Shown here: piece after piece, positions 1-12,912 of the stretch
Numbering within the stretch: the first letter of the stretch is position 1
How the letters are laid out: each line of letters begins with the position of its first letter
Assembly: GCF_009914755.1 (NCBI RefSeq)
Contig: NC_060939.1
Reading direction: 5' to 3' (one strand)
Length of the DNA: 64,000 nt
Source of the DNA: the human T2T-CHM13v2.0 reference genome, Homo sapiens
The notes under the pieces: generated by a model
Seen by the model: only the letters and a program-made list of their open reading frames with translations
Databases searched by the model: none
What the model was told of the DNA's origin: nothing
Position numbers and translations under genes: made by a program

Positions 1-29
1 CAGTTCTAACTTAAAATTTGTCACTAGTT

Positions 30-350
30 GTTCCTCTGCCTGGCATGCATTTTCTACAGATGGTTGCATAGCTGGCTCCTCTTTGACATTCAAGTCTCAG
101 CTTAAATGTCATAATCTCAGCTTAAATTTCACCATCTCAGCAAGACTTTTCATGACCACATTGCCTAAAGTAGCATTTCTAGCCACTCCTACTGTAAGGC
201 CTCTAATTTAGTATTATCTGTCTCCTCCAGCTAGAATGTATAATCCATGGGAGAAGGAATTTTATCTGTCTTATTTAAAGCTGAATCCCTAGCACCTAGA
301 ATAATGCCTGATGCATAGGAAGTAATCAATAAATATAATAAATGAACAAA
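30..350 (+). mobile_element. L2 LINE 3' end fragment
   Basis: gttcctctgcctgg...ctagaatgta...agcacctagaataatgcctgatgcatagga...aataaata..aatgaa resembles the L2 3' terminus; contains a ~20 bp tandem duplication (tctcagcttaaat x2) at ~95-141. Confidence 0.8.
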
Positions 351-639
351 TCTTTGTCAAGCCTCTCATCCTGTATTTATGGGAAGATATGAAGACTTAC
401 GGGCTAAATAACAGTATAATTCCATGCAATTGTTGTTCATTGATGGAATATATTCAAAATACGCTGATTAATGGATATTAATTAACCTTGATGGGGATTT
501 ACACCCATGGCATTACCTCAAATTCTGTCCTATTAGAGAACTTTTATGTATTAAAAAAAATTAGCTGTAACTATAGAAACGATTGTCCCTTCCTGTATAA
601 TGTGATACTACAACACATTAGGATAATATAATTGATATT

Positions 640-1170
640 TAAAAAAATCTTTACAGATTGAAATGATGGATGATACTAAAAAGATAAAAGTGGATAAGGA
701 TAAATTCTGCTCAAAGTGTTCCTAGCCAAGAGCATGCCACCTTGGAAGAGTACACGGTTCTCTATATGGGAATTGTAATTGGCAGTGAGCTTAAGGCTCT
801 GTGTGCTAAACCTGCAAAAGCTCTTATTGCAACTAGTAACTTTGGTAGAAACATAATGTCTAGAATTAGATAGGGAATGGTTTCTGTTTTGCTGTGGTCA
901 ACACAAAACCTAGAATATTATGGTTCATTTCTGAGCCACAGAAATGGAAATGGGTTCAGTGGATTGACTGCATAATGGTAAGTAAAGAGTGATACATACA
1001 AGGAATGTTATAAGAAATAGGTAGTGTTCTTTTGTTAGCTGTCTTCAAATAGCTCTGTAATGAAATTAAAGTCTTGCTTATAGCAAGGAACTAAGATTTA
1101 TTAATCTCTGATACTACAAAGACCTGTCTGATGATCACAGATGCCCCAAGATAGAATGAACTCTTACTGA
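640..1170 (+). mobile_element. L3/CR1 LINE fragment, highly diverged
   Basis: ggtcaacacaaaacctagaatattatggttcatttctgagccaca and agctgtcttcaaata resemble the CR1/L3 ORF2 3' region. Confidence 0.55.
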
Positions 1171-2039
1171 CTTGAGGACCATACAGTGTTTGGAAAGACT
1201 TAAAAGTATGAATTTATACTTGGAATTGACAGCATAGGGAGTTTGTACCAACTCTGAAATACAAATGAAAACATGTCATCTTAATAAAGAAATCCATTCG
1301 TTTTCATTTAATTCATTTGGGGTGAGATTTAGTCCATTCACCTTTTTAAACAGGCAAAAACGCTGAATTCTTCCCTAAATTCCTTATTAACATGGGTAAT
1401 CCACTGCAGAGGTAGGTTTGAAAAGTGGCAAGGAACTGGGATTTGTTTGAAAATTTATCTCGAATCATTAGGGTGACAAAGGAGAGTAGGTTTTTATTTG
1501 TTTAAGGCACAGAAGAGTAGTGTGTGGTAGGGTGTTGGAAGGTGATGCTGAAGGCACTGAATTATGGGGATCTTAGTCACCACAGAAAATTATGCTTCAT
1601 TCCTCAATTTCTGTTTGGTTGGGTGGTTTTGTGTGGGTGCTTGCTGAGAGGGTACTGTCCAATAGCATGGGTGCTGAATTGTTAGTCTCTTGAAGGGAAG
1701 TTTTCTCAGCAATCTCATTAGTAGAATGAAACTGCAGGTGACAAGATAAGCTTGTCTAATTTATTTATTTATGAATTCTATTGTTCATAATTGTATTATT
1801 AATCAGGGAAATGTATTAGCTATTGATGTATTTTTCTTTTATGTGGACATTTATTTTAAATTGTAAGAGGAACAAAAGATATTAATTCATATTAAGTAGT
1901 AGGTTGCATTTTTTTTTCCTAGACAATTTTCTCTATTAAGAAGTGGAGACAAAGGAAGAACAAAGACATATTTGTTACGTGATATGGAAGCAAAATTGTT
2001 TCTAAATAATACTGTTGTGTGGTGTATTCCTGGAGGTAC

Positions 2040-2109
2040 TGACAGCTCCTTATAAGGCAAATGAACATTTTGGCTAAAGTTTGCAAGCAAAACACAAGGC
2101 TAATTATAA
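2040..2109. promoter_or_regulatory. Candidate SRF/MEF2 enhancer motif cluster
   Basis: Perfect CArG box CCTTATAAGG 2048-2057, MEIS-type TGACAG 2040-2045, MEF2-consensus CTAATTATAA 2100-2109 in non-repeat DNA; motif evidence only. Confidence 0.3.
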
Positions 2110-2944
2110 AATATTCTTTTGTCTCTTAGCAAACTGCAGGGGGCAAGAGCGAGCTTGTGTAAGCACTGAGAGCTTCGATTTCCCTGGGTGCTATCTTCTC
2201 ACATGTGTTTTTAAATCTTCCAACTTGTGATTATTATTTTTCAGTACTGAATTAGTGAATCATTTTACATAGTGCCATTATGTAAAATAAAATGATACTT
2301 TGTTTCTCTGCATTGGCCAATTACTGGGAGGGGAAAATTGGACTCCTGAAAGGCACATGTGTGTGTAGTTTGGCAGATTACAGGAAAGCCTTGTAAAATG
2401 CTCCCAGATGTTTGATGCATGAGAGGGAAAATGCCAGGAACAAGGATCAAATTGAGGTGGGTTTCAGACATTATAAAATCTGTTGATGTAAAAACTAAGA
2501 AAACAAATAAGATCATAGGCATGAAATCCTTCTGGAAGGTCAATAATGATAAAGTTTTACTATATTAAACCGATTTGCTCCTTTTCTTTTCCCATCTGCC
2601 TGAGGCTATTATAAAAAAATATTAAGGAACATTATTGCTAATCCATAATAAATGGTACATTAACTATGATCCAACTTATCTTTTCTACACAAGGGCCACG
2701 GGACTGCATGTGGATAAAATCTGGACTGGATTTATTTTTTTAGGGGCCTGATCCCATGTCCAATCATTAACCTTTAAGGTGGTTCTTAAAAATAATTTTA
2801 TTATTAAGAAGTTGAATCATCATAATTATAGTATCCCTCTGACTTCAAAGAGCAATTTGAGGCTTGTCCCTCTCTTAATATGAGGTTTCTTAAGCTCGAC
2901 AACACTGCTGGATGAGGTAAGGGTTGTAAAACTGACCTCCTTTG

Positions 2945-3070
2945 GAATGGTGTGAACCCGGGAGGCGGAGCTTGCAGTGAGCTGACATTGCACCACTGCA
3001 CTCCAGCCTGGGTGACACAGCAAGACTCCATCTCAAAAACAAAAAACAAAAAACAAAAAAACCAAAAAAG
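2945..3070 (+). mobile_element. 5'-truncated AluY (part of right arm)
   Basis: gaatggtgtgaacccgggaggcggagcttgcagtgagc; (CAAAAAA)n tail; 13-bp TSD ctgacctcctttg at 2932-2944 and 3071-3083. Confidence 0.95.
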
Positions 3071-3099
3071 CTGACCTCCTTTGAGTGCCAGAATTGTTC

Positions 3100-3453
3100 T
3101 CGAATCAGTCCACATCCTAGCATCAAGCAGATGGCACATGGCAAAGGGGTAATTGAGGAAACTTCAATGAAGGAACTCTTTACAAAGCAAGATCAGGGAA
3201 GCAATAAAGAAAAGGTGAAGCACCTTGGGAAAAGCAGAAGTGGGAAGTTAGTATCAGCCTTAGTGAGGAAGAGGGTGGAACTGGCGAAGAATTGCCCTCA
3301 CCTATGAAAGCTGGGGGCTGTAGAAGGACTACCCACCAGGAACTGCAGCCTTAGGTCACGTAGCCACTGCCAAACAATGGCTTCGCAAGGAGGGAGGTTG
3401 AGGAATAAATACCACATCTCTTTCACTTGCTAACTTCTTACTAACTTACTAAA
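3100..3453 (-). mobile_element. Old ERVL/MaLR-class solo LTR, left part (split by L1PB1)
   Basis: cagatggcacatggcaaaggggtaattgaggaaacttcaatgaaggaactctttacaaag resembles LTR33/LTR41/MLT1-type LTRs; continues at 8988-9160. Confidence 0.5.
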
Positions 3454-3454
3454 T

Positions 3455-6400
3455 TCTTCTTTCAAATTTTTTTTTATTTCCATTGATTTTGGAGGGAACA
3501 GGTAGTATTGGTTATATGAGTAAGTTCTTCAGTGGTGATTTGTGAGACTTTGGTGCACCCATCACCTGAGCAGTATACACGGAATCCAATTTGTAGTCTT
3601 CTATCCCTCATCCCCCTCACACCATTTCTCCTGATTCCCCAAAGACCACTGTGTCATTCTTATGCCTTTGCATCTTCATAGCTGAGCTTCCACTTACGAG
3701 TGAGAACATACAATGTTTGGTTTTCCATTCCTGAGTTACTTCACTTAGAATAATAATCTCCAGTTCCATCTAGGTTGCTGTGAATGCCATTAATTTGTTC
3801 CTTTTTATGGCTGAGTAGTATTCCATTCCATATAGATATATCACAATTTCTTCATCCTCTTGTTGATTGATAGGCTTTTGAGCTAATTCCATATTTTTGC
3901 AATTGAGAATTGTGCTGCTATAGACAGGCATGTGCAAGTATCTTTTTCGTATAATGACTTCTTTTCTCTGGGTAGATACCCAGTAGTGTGATTGCTGGAT
4001 CAAATGGAAGTTCCACTTTTAGTTCTTTAAGGAACCTCCACACTGTTTTCCATAGTCGTTGTACTAGTTTATATTCCCATCAGAAGTGTAAAAGTATTCT
4101 CTTTTCACTGCATCCACACCGACATCTATTTTTTTTTAATTACAGCCACTCTTGCAGGAGTAAAGTGGTATCACATGGCAGTTTTTATTTGCATTTCCCT
4201 GATCATTAGTGATGCTAAGCATTTTTTCATATGTTTGTTGGCAATTTGTATATCTTCTTGTGAGAAATGTCTATTCATATCCTTAGCCCACTTTTTTGAT
4301 GGGATTGTTAATTTTTTTCTTGCTAATTTTTTGAGTTCCTTGTAGATTCTGGATATTAGTCCTTTGTTGGATGTATAGATTGTGAAGATATTCTCCCATT
4401 CTGTGTGCTCTCTGTTTACTCTGTTCCTTTTGCTGTGCAGAAGCTTTTTAATTAAGTCCCACCTATTTATCTTTGTTTTTGTTGCATTTGCTTTTTTGGG
4501 GAGTTCTTGGTCATAAAGCCTTTGCCTAAGCCAATGCCTAGAAGGGCTTTTCCAATGTTATCTTCTAGAACTTTTATAGTTTCAGGTCTTAGATTTAAGT
4601 CCTTGATCCATCTTGAGTTGATTTTTGTATAAGGTGAGAGATGACAATCCAGTTTCATTCCCCTACCTGTGGCTTGCCAATTATCCAGCACCATTTGTTG
4701 ACTAGGGTGTCCTTTCCCCACTTTATGTTTTTATTTGCTTTGTTGAAGGTCAGTTTGCTGTAAGTATTTGGGCTTATATATGGATTCTCTATTCTGTTCC
4801 ATTGGTCTATGTACCTATTTTTATGCCAGCACCATGATATTTTGGTGACTATGGCCTTATAGTATAGTTTGAAGTCAGGTAATGTGATGCTTCCAGATGT
4901 GTTCTTTTTGCTTAGTCTTGCTTTGGCTATGCAGGCTCTTTTTTGGTTCCATATGAATTTTAGGATTGTTTTTTCTAGTTCTGTGAAGAATGATGGGAAT
5001 ATTTTGGTGGGAATTGCATTGAATTTGTAGCTTGCTTTTGGCAATATGGTCATTTTCACAATATTGATTTTACCCCTCCAGGAGCATGGGATGTGTTTCC
5101 ATTTGTTTGTGTCTTCTATGTTTTCTTTCAGCAGTGTTTTGGAGTTTTCCTTGTAGCAGTCTTTCACCTCCTTGGTTAGATATATTCCTAAGTATTTAAT
5201 TTTTTTTGCAGCTAACGTAAAGGGTGTTGAGTTACTGATTTGATTCTCAGCTTGGTCCTTGTTGGTGTATAGCAGAGCTACTGATTTGTGTACATTAATT
5301 TTGTATCCTGAAACTTTGCTGAACTCGTATATTAGTTCTAGGAGCTTTTTGATGGAGTCTTTAGGGTTTTGTAGGTATACGATCACATCATCAGCAAACA
5401 GCAATAGTTTGACTTTTTCTTTACTGATTTGGATGCCATTTATTTCTTTCTCTTGTCTGATTGCTCTGACTAGGACTCCCAGTTCTGTGTTGAATAGAAG
5501 TGGTGAGAGTGGTAATTCTTGTCTTTTCCAGTTCTCAAAGGGAACATGTTCAACTTTTCCCCATTCAGTATTATGTTGGCTGTGGGTTTATGTAGATGGC
5601 TTTTATTACATTAAGGTATGTCCCTTGTATGCCAATTTCGCTGAAGGTTTTAGTCATAAAGCGATGCTGGATTTTGTCAAATACTTTTTCTGCATCTATT
5701 GAGATGATCATGTGATTTTTGTTTTGAATTCTGTTTATATGGTGTATCACATTTATTGCTTTGCATATATTAAACCATTCCTGCATCCTTGATATGAAAC
5801 CCACTCAATCATGGTGGATTATCTTTTTAATATGCTGTTGGATTCGGTTAGCTAGTATTTTGTTAAGAATTTTTGCATCTGTGTTCATCAGGGATATTGG
5901 TCTGTAGTTTTCTTTTTTTGTTATGTCTTTTCCCGGTTTGGGCATTAGGGTGATGCTGGCTTCTTTGATGATTTAGGGAGGATTTCCTCTTTCTCTATGT
6001 TGTGGAATAGTGTCAATAGGATTGGTACTAATTATTCTTTGAATGTCCAATAGAATTCAGCTGTGAATCCATGTGGTCCTAGAATTTTTTTGTTGGTAAT
6101 TTTTTGTATTACCATTTCAATCTTGCTGCTTGTTATTGGTCTGTTCAGGGTTTCTAATTCTTCCTGATTTAAACTGGGAGGGTTGTATATCTCCAAGAAT
6201 TTATCCATCTCCTCTAGGTTTTTTAGTTTATGTGCACAAAGGTGTTCGTAGTAGCCCTGAATGATCTTTTGTATTTCTGTGGTGTCAGTTGTAATATCTC
6301 CCATTTCGTTTCTAATTGAGTTCACTTGGATTTTCTCTCTTCTTTTCTTGGTTGATCTTGCTAATGGTCTATCAATTTTATGTATCTTTTCAAAGAACCA

Positions 6401-8980
6401 GCTTTTTGTTTCATTTATTTTTGTATTGTATTTTTTTGTTTCAATTCATTTAGTTCTGCTCTGGTCTTGGTTATTTCTTTTCTTCTGCTGGGTTTGGGTT
6501 TGGTTTGTTCTTGTTTCTCTAGTTCCTTGAGGCATGACCTTAGATTGCCTATTTGTGCTTTCTTAGACTTTTTGATGTAGGCATTTAAGATTATGAATGT
6601 TCCTCTTAGCACCATCTTTGCTGTATCTCAGAGGTTTTAATGGGTTGTGTCACTATTATTGTTCAGTTCAAATAACTTTTTAATTTCCATCTTGATTTCA
6701 TTATTGACCCAATGATCATTCTTGAGCAGGTTATTTAATTTTCATGTATTTGCATGGTTATGAAGGTTCCTTTTGGAGTTGATTTCCAATTTGATTCCAC
6801 TGTTGTCTGACAAAGTACTTGATATAATTTAGATTTTCTTAAATTTATTGAGACTTGTTTTGTGGCCTATCTTGGAGAAATTTCCATGTGCTCATGAGTA
6901 GAATGCATATTCTGTGGTTATTGGTTAGAATGTTCTGTAAACATCTATCAGGTTCATTTGTTTTAGGGTATAGTTTAAATCTGTTGTTTCTTTGTTGACT
7001 TTCTGTTTTGACCTGCCTAGTGCTGTCAGTGGAGTATTGAACTTCCCCACTATTATTGTGTTGCTGTCTATCTCATTTCTTAGGTCTAGTAGTAACTGTT
7101 TTATAAATTTGGGAGCTCCAGTGTTAGATGCATCTATATTTAGGATTGTGATATTTTCCTGTTGGACAAAGCCTTTTATCATTATATAATGTTTCTCTTT
7201 GTCTTTTTAAACTGCTGTTGCTTTAAAGTTTGTTTCATCTGATATAAGAATAGCTACTCCTGCTTGCTTTTGGTGTCCTTTTGCATGGAATGTCTTTTTC
7301 CACCTTTTTACCTTAAGTCTATATGAGTCCTTATGTGTCAAGTGAGTCTCTCGGAGGCAGCAGATAGATAGATACTTGGCCGGTGAATTCTTACTGATTC
7401 TGCAATTCTGTATCTTTTAAGTGAAACATTTAGGCCATTTACATCCAATGTTAGTATTGAGATGTGAGGTACTATTCCGTTCATTGGGCTATTTGTTGCC
7501 TGAATACCTTGTTGTTGTTTTTTTAATTGTATTTTTGTTTTATAGGACCCATGAGATTCATGCTTTAAAGAGGTTCTATTTTGATGTGTTTCCAGGATTT
7601 GTTAAGAGATTTGGAGCTCCTTTTAGCAGTTCTTGTAGTGCTGGCTTGGTAGCAGCAAATTTCTCTCAGCATTTGTTTGTCTGGAAAAGATTGTATATTT
7701 CCTTCATTTATGAAGCTAAGTTTCACTGGATACAAAATTCTTGGTTGATAATTGTTTTGTTTAAGGAGGCTGAAGATAGGGCCCCAATCCTTTTTAGCTT
7801 GTAGGGTTTCTGCTAAGAAATTTGCTGTTAATAAGATAGTTTTTTTTAATAGGTTACCTTTTGCTTTTGCCTCACAGCCCTTAAGATTCTTTCCTTCATC
7901 TTGCCTTAGATAACCTGATGACTATGTGCCTAGGTATTGAAGTTTTTGTGATAAATTTCCCAGGTGTTCTTTCAACTTCTTGTATTTGGATGTCTAGTTC
8001 TCTAGCAAGGCCAGGGAAGTTTTCCTCAATTATTTCCCCTAAATATGTTTTCCAAACTTTTAAATTTCTCTTCTTCTTCAGGAATGCCAGTTATTCCTAG
8101 GTTTGGTCATTTAACATAATCCCAAACTTCTTGGATAGTTTGTTCATTTTGAAATCTTTTTAAAGTCTTTGTTGGATTGGGTTATTTCAAAAACCTTGTC
8201 TTCCAGCTCTGAATTCCTTTCTTTTGCTTGTTCGATTCTATTGCTGAGACTTTCCTGTACATTTTGCGTTTCTCTAAGTGTGTTCTTTATTTCCTGAAGT
8301 TGTGATTTATTTTTATTTATGCTATTTCACTGAAGATTTCTTCCCTCACATCTTGTATCATTTTTTTTTTTTAATTTTCTTAAGTTGGAGTTCACTTTTC
8401 TCTTGTGCCTCTTTGATTAGCTTGATAATCAACCTTCTGACAATTCAGGGATTTCTTCTTGGTTTGGCTCCATTGCTGGTGAGCTTGTATGATTTTTGGG
8501 GGAGTGTTAAAGAACCTTGTTTTGTCATATTACCAGAATTGTTTTTCTGGTTCCTTTTCATTTGGGTGGGCTATGTCGGAGGGAAGATCTGGGGATCAAG
8601 ACTGCTGTTTATATTCTTTTGGCCCATGGGTTGTTCCTTTGATGTAATACTCTCCCCCTTTTCCTAGAGATGTGGCTTCCTGAGAGCTTAACTGTAGTAA
8701 TTGTTATTTCTCTTCTGGATCTAGCAGATTCCTGGGATGTGAACTATCTTCAGGTCTCTCAGCCATGGATACCAGCACAGTATTTGGGCTGTCTCCCAGG
8801 TCCTGCAACAACAATCCACTTCCTTCAAAGAGTCTATGAATTTTCTTAGCTTTCCTAGTATATTCCTGCAGTAGTTCTTGGAGCAAAAGTTCACAATGTG
8901 AGTCTCCACATGCTGCTCTGCCCATATGAGTTGGATCTGCAATTTAGTCCTGCCTCCTATCCGCCATTTTTTCCTACCCC
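3455..8980 (-). mobile_element. L1PB1-like LINE-1 with both termini, decayed ORF1/ORF2 and a shortened 5'UTR
   Basis: L1PB1-type 3'UTR (ggaacaggtagtattggttatatgagtaagttcttcagtggtgatttgtgaga); ORF2 peptides in the ORF track incl. LFADD RT motif (4655-5404); L1PBa-type 5' end (tagtcctgcctcctatccgccat ~8945-8967); TSD tcttactaactt(a)ctaaa at 3436-3453 and 8988-9004. Confidence 0.93.
3700..7484 (-). pseudogene. Disrupted L1 ORF2 (endonuclease / reverse transcriptase)
   Basis: Frameshifted fragments: 6925-7182 (EN, IIVGKFNTPL), 6415-6615, 6032-6325, 5571-5804, 4655-5404 (RT, FADD), 4467-4721; end coordinate approximate. Confidence 0.85.
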
Positions 8981-8987
8981 TTCTTTC

Positions 8988-9160
8988 TCTTACTAACTTC
9001 TAAACTGATTATGCCACAATTTGTCTGAACCCAACTAATAGCCCAAGGCAAGGGAGATTGGTTAAAGTAGTCTTTAGGGTTGGTCTCCTAGGACATAGAG
9101 TGGGATGCAGAAAACTGATGAACAGACCTGGAGGGGAAAAGAAAGAATAAACAGCACATT
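8988..9160 (-). mobile_element. Old ERVL/MaLR-class solo LTR, right part
   Basis: ctgaacccaactaatagcccaaggcaaggga...acctggaggggaaaa...cagcaca resembles an old LTR terminus; resumes directly after the L1 TSD. Confidence 0.5.
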
Positions 9161-9169
9161 CCACATGTT

Positions 9170-9330
9170 AGTTTATTGGTTCTTCGAAATATCCCCTAAA
9201 ATAACTAGTTTCCTTATTTTTATAGAAAAGGATACTGAGGTTCAGAGTGATTAAACACTTTGCCTCAGTACGAATAAGGATTTGTCTGACTTCAATTTCC
9301 ACGTTCTTTCCCTTCCCTATACCATGCTGC
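9170..9330 (-). mobile_element. MIR
   Basis: ttttatagaaaaggatactgaggttcagagtgattaaacactttgcc MIR core. Confidence 0.6.
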
Positions 9331-9974
9331 ATACCCACCTGCACCCCCATACACAGTGTTTCCAATGATGTTCTTTAGGGGAGATAATCCATGGAAGTAA
9401 AACAATATATTGTTGCATCCGCTCCTTTTTTATTGGAATTCCATCTGTATATAGTGCTGATCATTGTTTTTTTTTTTTTTTAAAAAGAGACCAACAGGAT
9501 TTATGGAGGTGACTGATCAGTACTCTCAGGCAAGGAAGCTCAATCCCACTATCCTACTCTGCCTATCTAGTGCTGCAGTTTTTCTGGGATGCCTAAAAAA
9601 GACAGTAGGAATTTGAGACAGTGGTTCTGGAACAAGACGTGAAATGCCATTCTGAGATCCTGCTGCCATTAATGAAATGGATTTTGAAGGTATATTGTGA
9701 AGGTTGTAGGTTGTGAAGGTTAAGATCATTACTGAAAAATAAAGATTTATTCAACGTTTTCATTTGATATATATGTAATTTAGACTTCTTGTGGATTCCT
9801 CTTAGTAAGATGAGACCAAAATATCAGTTTTTAAGACTTCATTAAAAGTCTCTATAACTTTCTTTTCAAATAATAAAGATGAGGAGGTCAAAGTATTAAA
9901 TCATAAAAAGCAGGAAGATAAAGTATTCTCAATCTCAGGTAACATGCCTTTCATATTTTTTTTAGTGTTTTAAT

Positions 9975-11320
9975 GTTAACCTTTTATCTTTAAATAATTT
10001 CAACCTCACAAAAATTTCAAAAAAATTTTGTATATCTTCATTGAGATTTGTCAAATGTTAATATTTTATTATACACAGACTATATATACCCAGTCATTTT
10101 TTTCCAAATCATTTAAGTTGCAGATATAATTCAACTTTATTCCTTAATATCTCAGTGTGCATTTCCTAAAAATATATATTCCTGCCTACCAGTGCAGTAT
10201 AATTAAAACAATGGCAATTAATAATGTAAAAACAATGTACAAATCTTACTGAAAATGTTTAGTTGTTCCAGCAGTGCCCTTTATAGCAATAGGGGACAAA
10301 TACCTTGGCTACAGGATCCAGTCAAAATAATAAGATTCATTTCGTTTTCAAATCTATTGAGTTTTCTTTAATCTAGAACAGTTCCTTGATCTTTCTTGGC
10401 CTTTCATGACCTTTATGTTTTTTAAAAGATTTTAGTCAGTTATTTTGAAGAATGTCTCTCATTTTGGGTCTTCCTGATATTTTCTTTTGATTAAATTTAG
10501 CTTATCCACTTTGGGCAAGAATACCACAGGGACGGTGTTTTTGTCTTTATTAGTGCTTCATACACTTAGACATGAGCACATGTGGTTGATTTGTCCCATT
10601 ACAGATGATGTTTACTTTGACCGCTTGTTTAAAGTAGTGTCTGCCAAGCTTCCCCTCTGTATAGTTTCTATTTTTCCTTGTAACTAATAGCTATTTTGTG
10701 AGATGCTACCCTGAGACTATATAAATGTTCTATTTTTAAAATTATGCACCTACCAGTTTTAGCATCCACTGATGATTCTTTTTCGTCTGAAACAATTATT
10801 ATTATGGTGAATAAACGCCAAATTGTTATTTTCCAATTCCATTATTTCCTCTACATTTGTTAGTTGGCATTCTGTGGTAAGGAAGAGCTATTCCTTCCCT
10901 CTTCTCCCCATTTCATTATGTATTTATTTAGGTATATATCTATGGATTCAAGGATTACTCTTTTCTTCAGTGACTTACAATTCATTATTTTATTTAGGCA
11001 TATCTCTGTGGATTCAAGGATTACTTTTTTCTTCAGTGACTTATACTTCATTATTATCATTATTTATTTTGATGCTCAAATTCTCCTAAATGTTGATAGT
11101 GGGAATTTCTCATGCTGGCTGTTGTATCCTTTTGTTATGTCTCCATCATTCTCTGAGCAAGTCTTTATTTTCTGGCACAGCAGTATGTTCTAGGTTCATC
11201 TTGTACATTCCCCAATTCATCTCTAGAATCACCCATTTTTAAATAATGCTTGGTCCTTTTGTGAAGTTAGTATTATAAACCAAGATGTAGGTGTTGTTCA
11301 TGTTTACTTTTTCAGCAGAC
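9975..11320 (-). mobile_element. Ancient L1M (L1MC4/5-like) 3' region
   Basis: aagttgcagatataat...ctcagtgtgcatttcctaaaa, aggatccagtcaaaa, gaagaatgtctctcattttggg, ggcaagaataccacag resemble the L1MC 3'UTR. Confidence 0.7.
10923..11054. repeat. 66-bp tandem duplication (2 copies)
   Basis: tatttaggtatatatctatggattcaaggattactcttttcttcagtgacttac at 10925 recurs at 10991 with about 6 substitutions. Confidence 0.95.
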
Positions 11321-11322
11321 TA

Positions 11323-11324
<2 letters not shown>

Positions 11325-11366
<42 letters not shown>
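11325..11366. repeat. (AC)21 microsatellite
   Basis: Perfect dinucleotide run. Confidence 0.98.
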
Positions 11367-11371
<5 letters not shown>

Positions 11372-12481
11372 CTCTCTTGAAGTGGTCTTTCTCTTGACAA
11401 GAAGTAGTTTAGGCAACAATATAGTACCTTCTTTAGAAAAGATATAGAGCATTAACACTTTTCAAGATATAATCAAAACTTGCAATTTTCAGCTGGTGAA
11501 AATTAGGACCAAAAAATAGAAATGATACACTAAAGATACAGGCAAGGATTTTTGCTGCCTTGTGTTTTATTCTGTGCCTCAAGTAATCCTAACTTTTCTT
11601 TTTCTGTGCTTCCCTGTTCTCAGAGAAGTTTCTTCATGAGATCTAGTTTATTACCAAGATACCTGATACCATGAAAGTTGAGATTCGAGTGTAGTTTAAA
11701 TCGATTCATCCAAGTGAAAATGTTAGTGTTTGGCCTGGTGTTCATGTGGTCTCCACAAACAACCCCAAGAGACAGTCAGAGTCAGCCGGATCAGGAACCA
11801 TGTGAAATGCTGTGAATCTGAGCATCCTCCCCAGTCGTGCTGAGGGAATAAAGTGCTGAGGGTTGCTCCAGAGCTGTGTCCTGTGCTCATTCCCTGGATG
11901 AATTCCAGGTGCACATTAACAGTTTAACTTTGTTAAGAAGGTGTCAGCCTCGGATCATTTGCATTCCATTATCCACAGTGCTTTTTAATTTTGTGCCTGC
12001 TTTGGAAAGTAAATGATGACATTCTGCTGGGAGAATTTCAGCCTGTGTGCTCTTTATAAAGTAAGGAAATGGAGTAATTATCACAGAGAAGGAGACAAGA
12101 GAGGATATGATTTTCACATTTGGTGCTTTTAGAGAGTGGTGTGTGTTGGAGGTTTCATTGGAGAGGGGAGGTGAAGGGTGAAAAAATATGGGGACTCTGG
12201 TTGTGTGTGTTCATAATTCTGAAGCTAGAATTGTTAATAATTCTGGAAATCCTTCATAAATAGTTGATAGAATCCACATGGATGTTTACAAAGTCCCAGC
12301 TGAATTGTGCTGAGTGTGCACAAAGATATACATCATCAGAATTGTGGGTAAATCAAGATTAAATTGTGAAACAATAAGAGGCTTATACTCAAAGGTTAAG
12401 ACTTGCTTTGTCTCTTGAATGGTCTCTAGAGATTAGGAAAAGAAAGCAGTTGAAGAGAACCAGATAGAATGGTAAAACATG

Positions 12482-12912
12482 TCTCCTCTCCTCTCCTCCC
12501 CTCCCCTCCCCTCTCCATTTTTTCCCTCCCCTTCCTTCCCTCTTCTCTTCCTCCTCCCTTCCTCTGCCTTCCACTCCCTTCCCTCCACTCCTCTCTCCTT
12601 CCTTTCACTCCTTTCCCCTTCCTTTCACTCCTCTCCCCTCCCCACTCCTTCCTTCCCTCCTTTCTCTTCCCCACCTCTCCTCCTTTCCACTCCCCATCTC
12701 TCCTTTATCCATTCCTTCCCCTTCCCTTCTCTTTTTTCTTTCCTTCCCTTTCTTTCACTTTCCTCCCATCCACTACCCTTCCTTCCCCTCCCCTCCTCTA
12801 TCCCTTCCCTCCACTCCCCTTCTCACTTTCTCTCCCTTCTCTCCCCTTCCCTTGTGGCTGATCTACCCCAACCCTTCTCTCCTCTTTTCTTCTCTTCCCT
12901 CCCCTTCCCTTG
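12482..12912. repeat. Polypyrimidine/polypurine low-complexity tract
   Basis: ~430 bp of almost pure C/T (cccttcc, ccactcc units). Confidence 0.95.

Noticed and set aside
8715-8740. Second small deletion in the L1PB1 5'UTR as another splice event
   Set aside because: By my recollection of the consensus the gap is only ~50 nt and lacks GT-AG ends; more likely a post-insertion deletion
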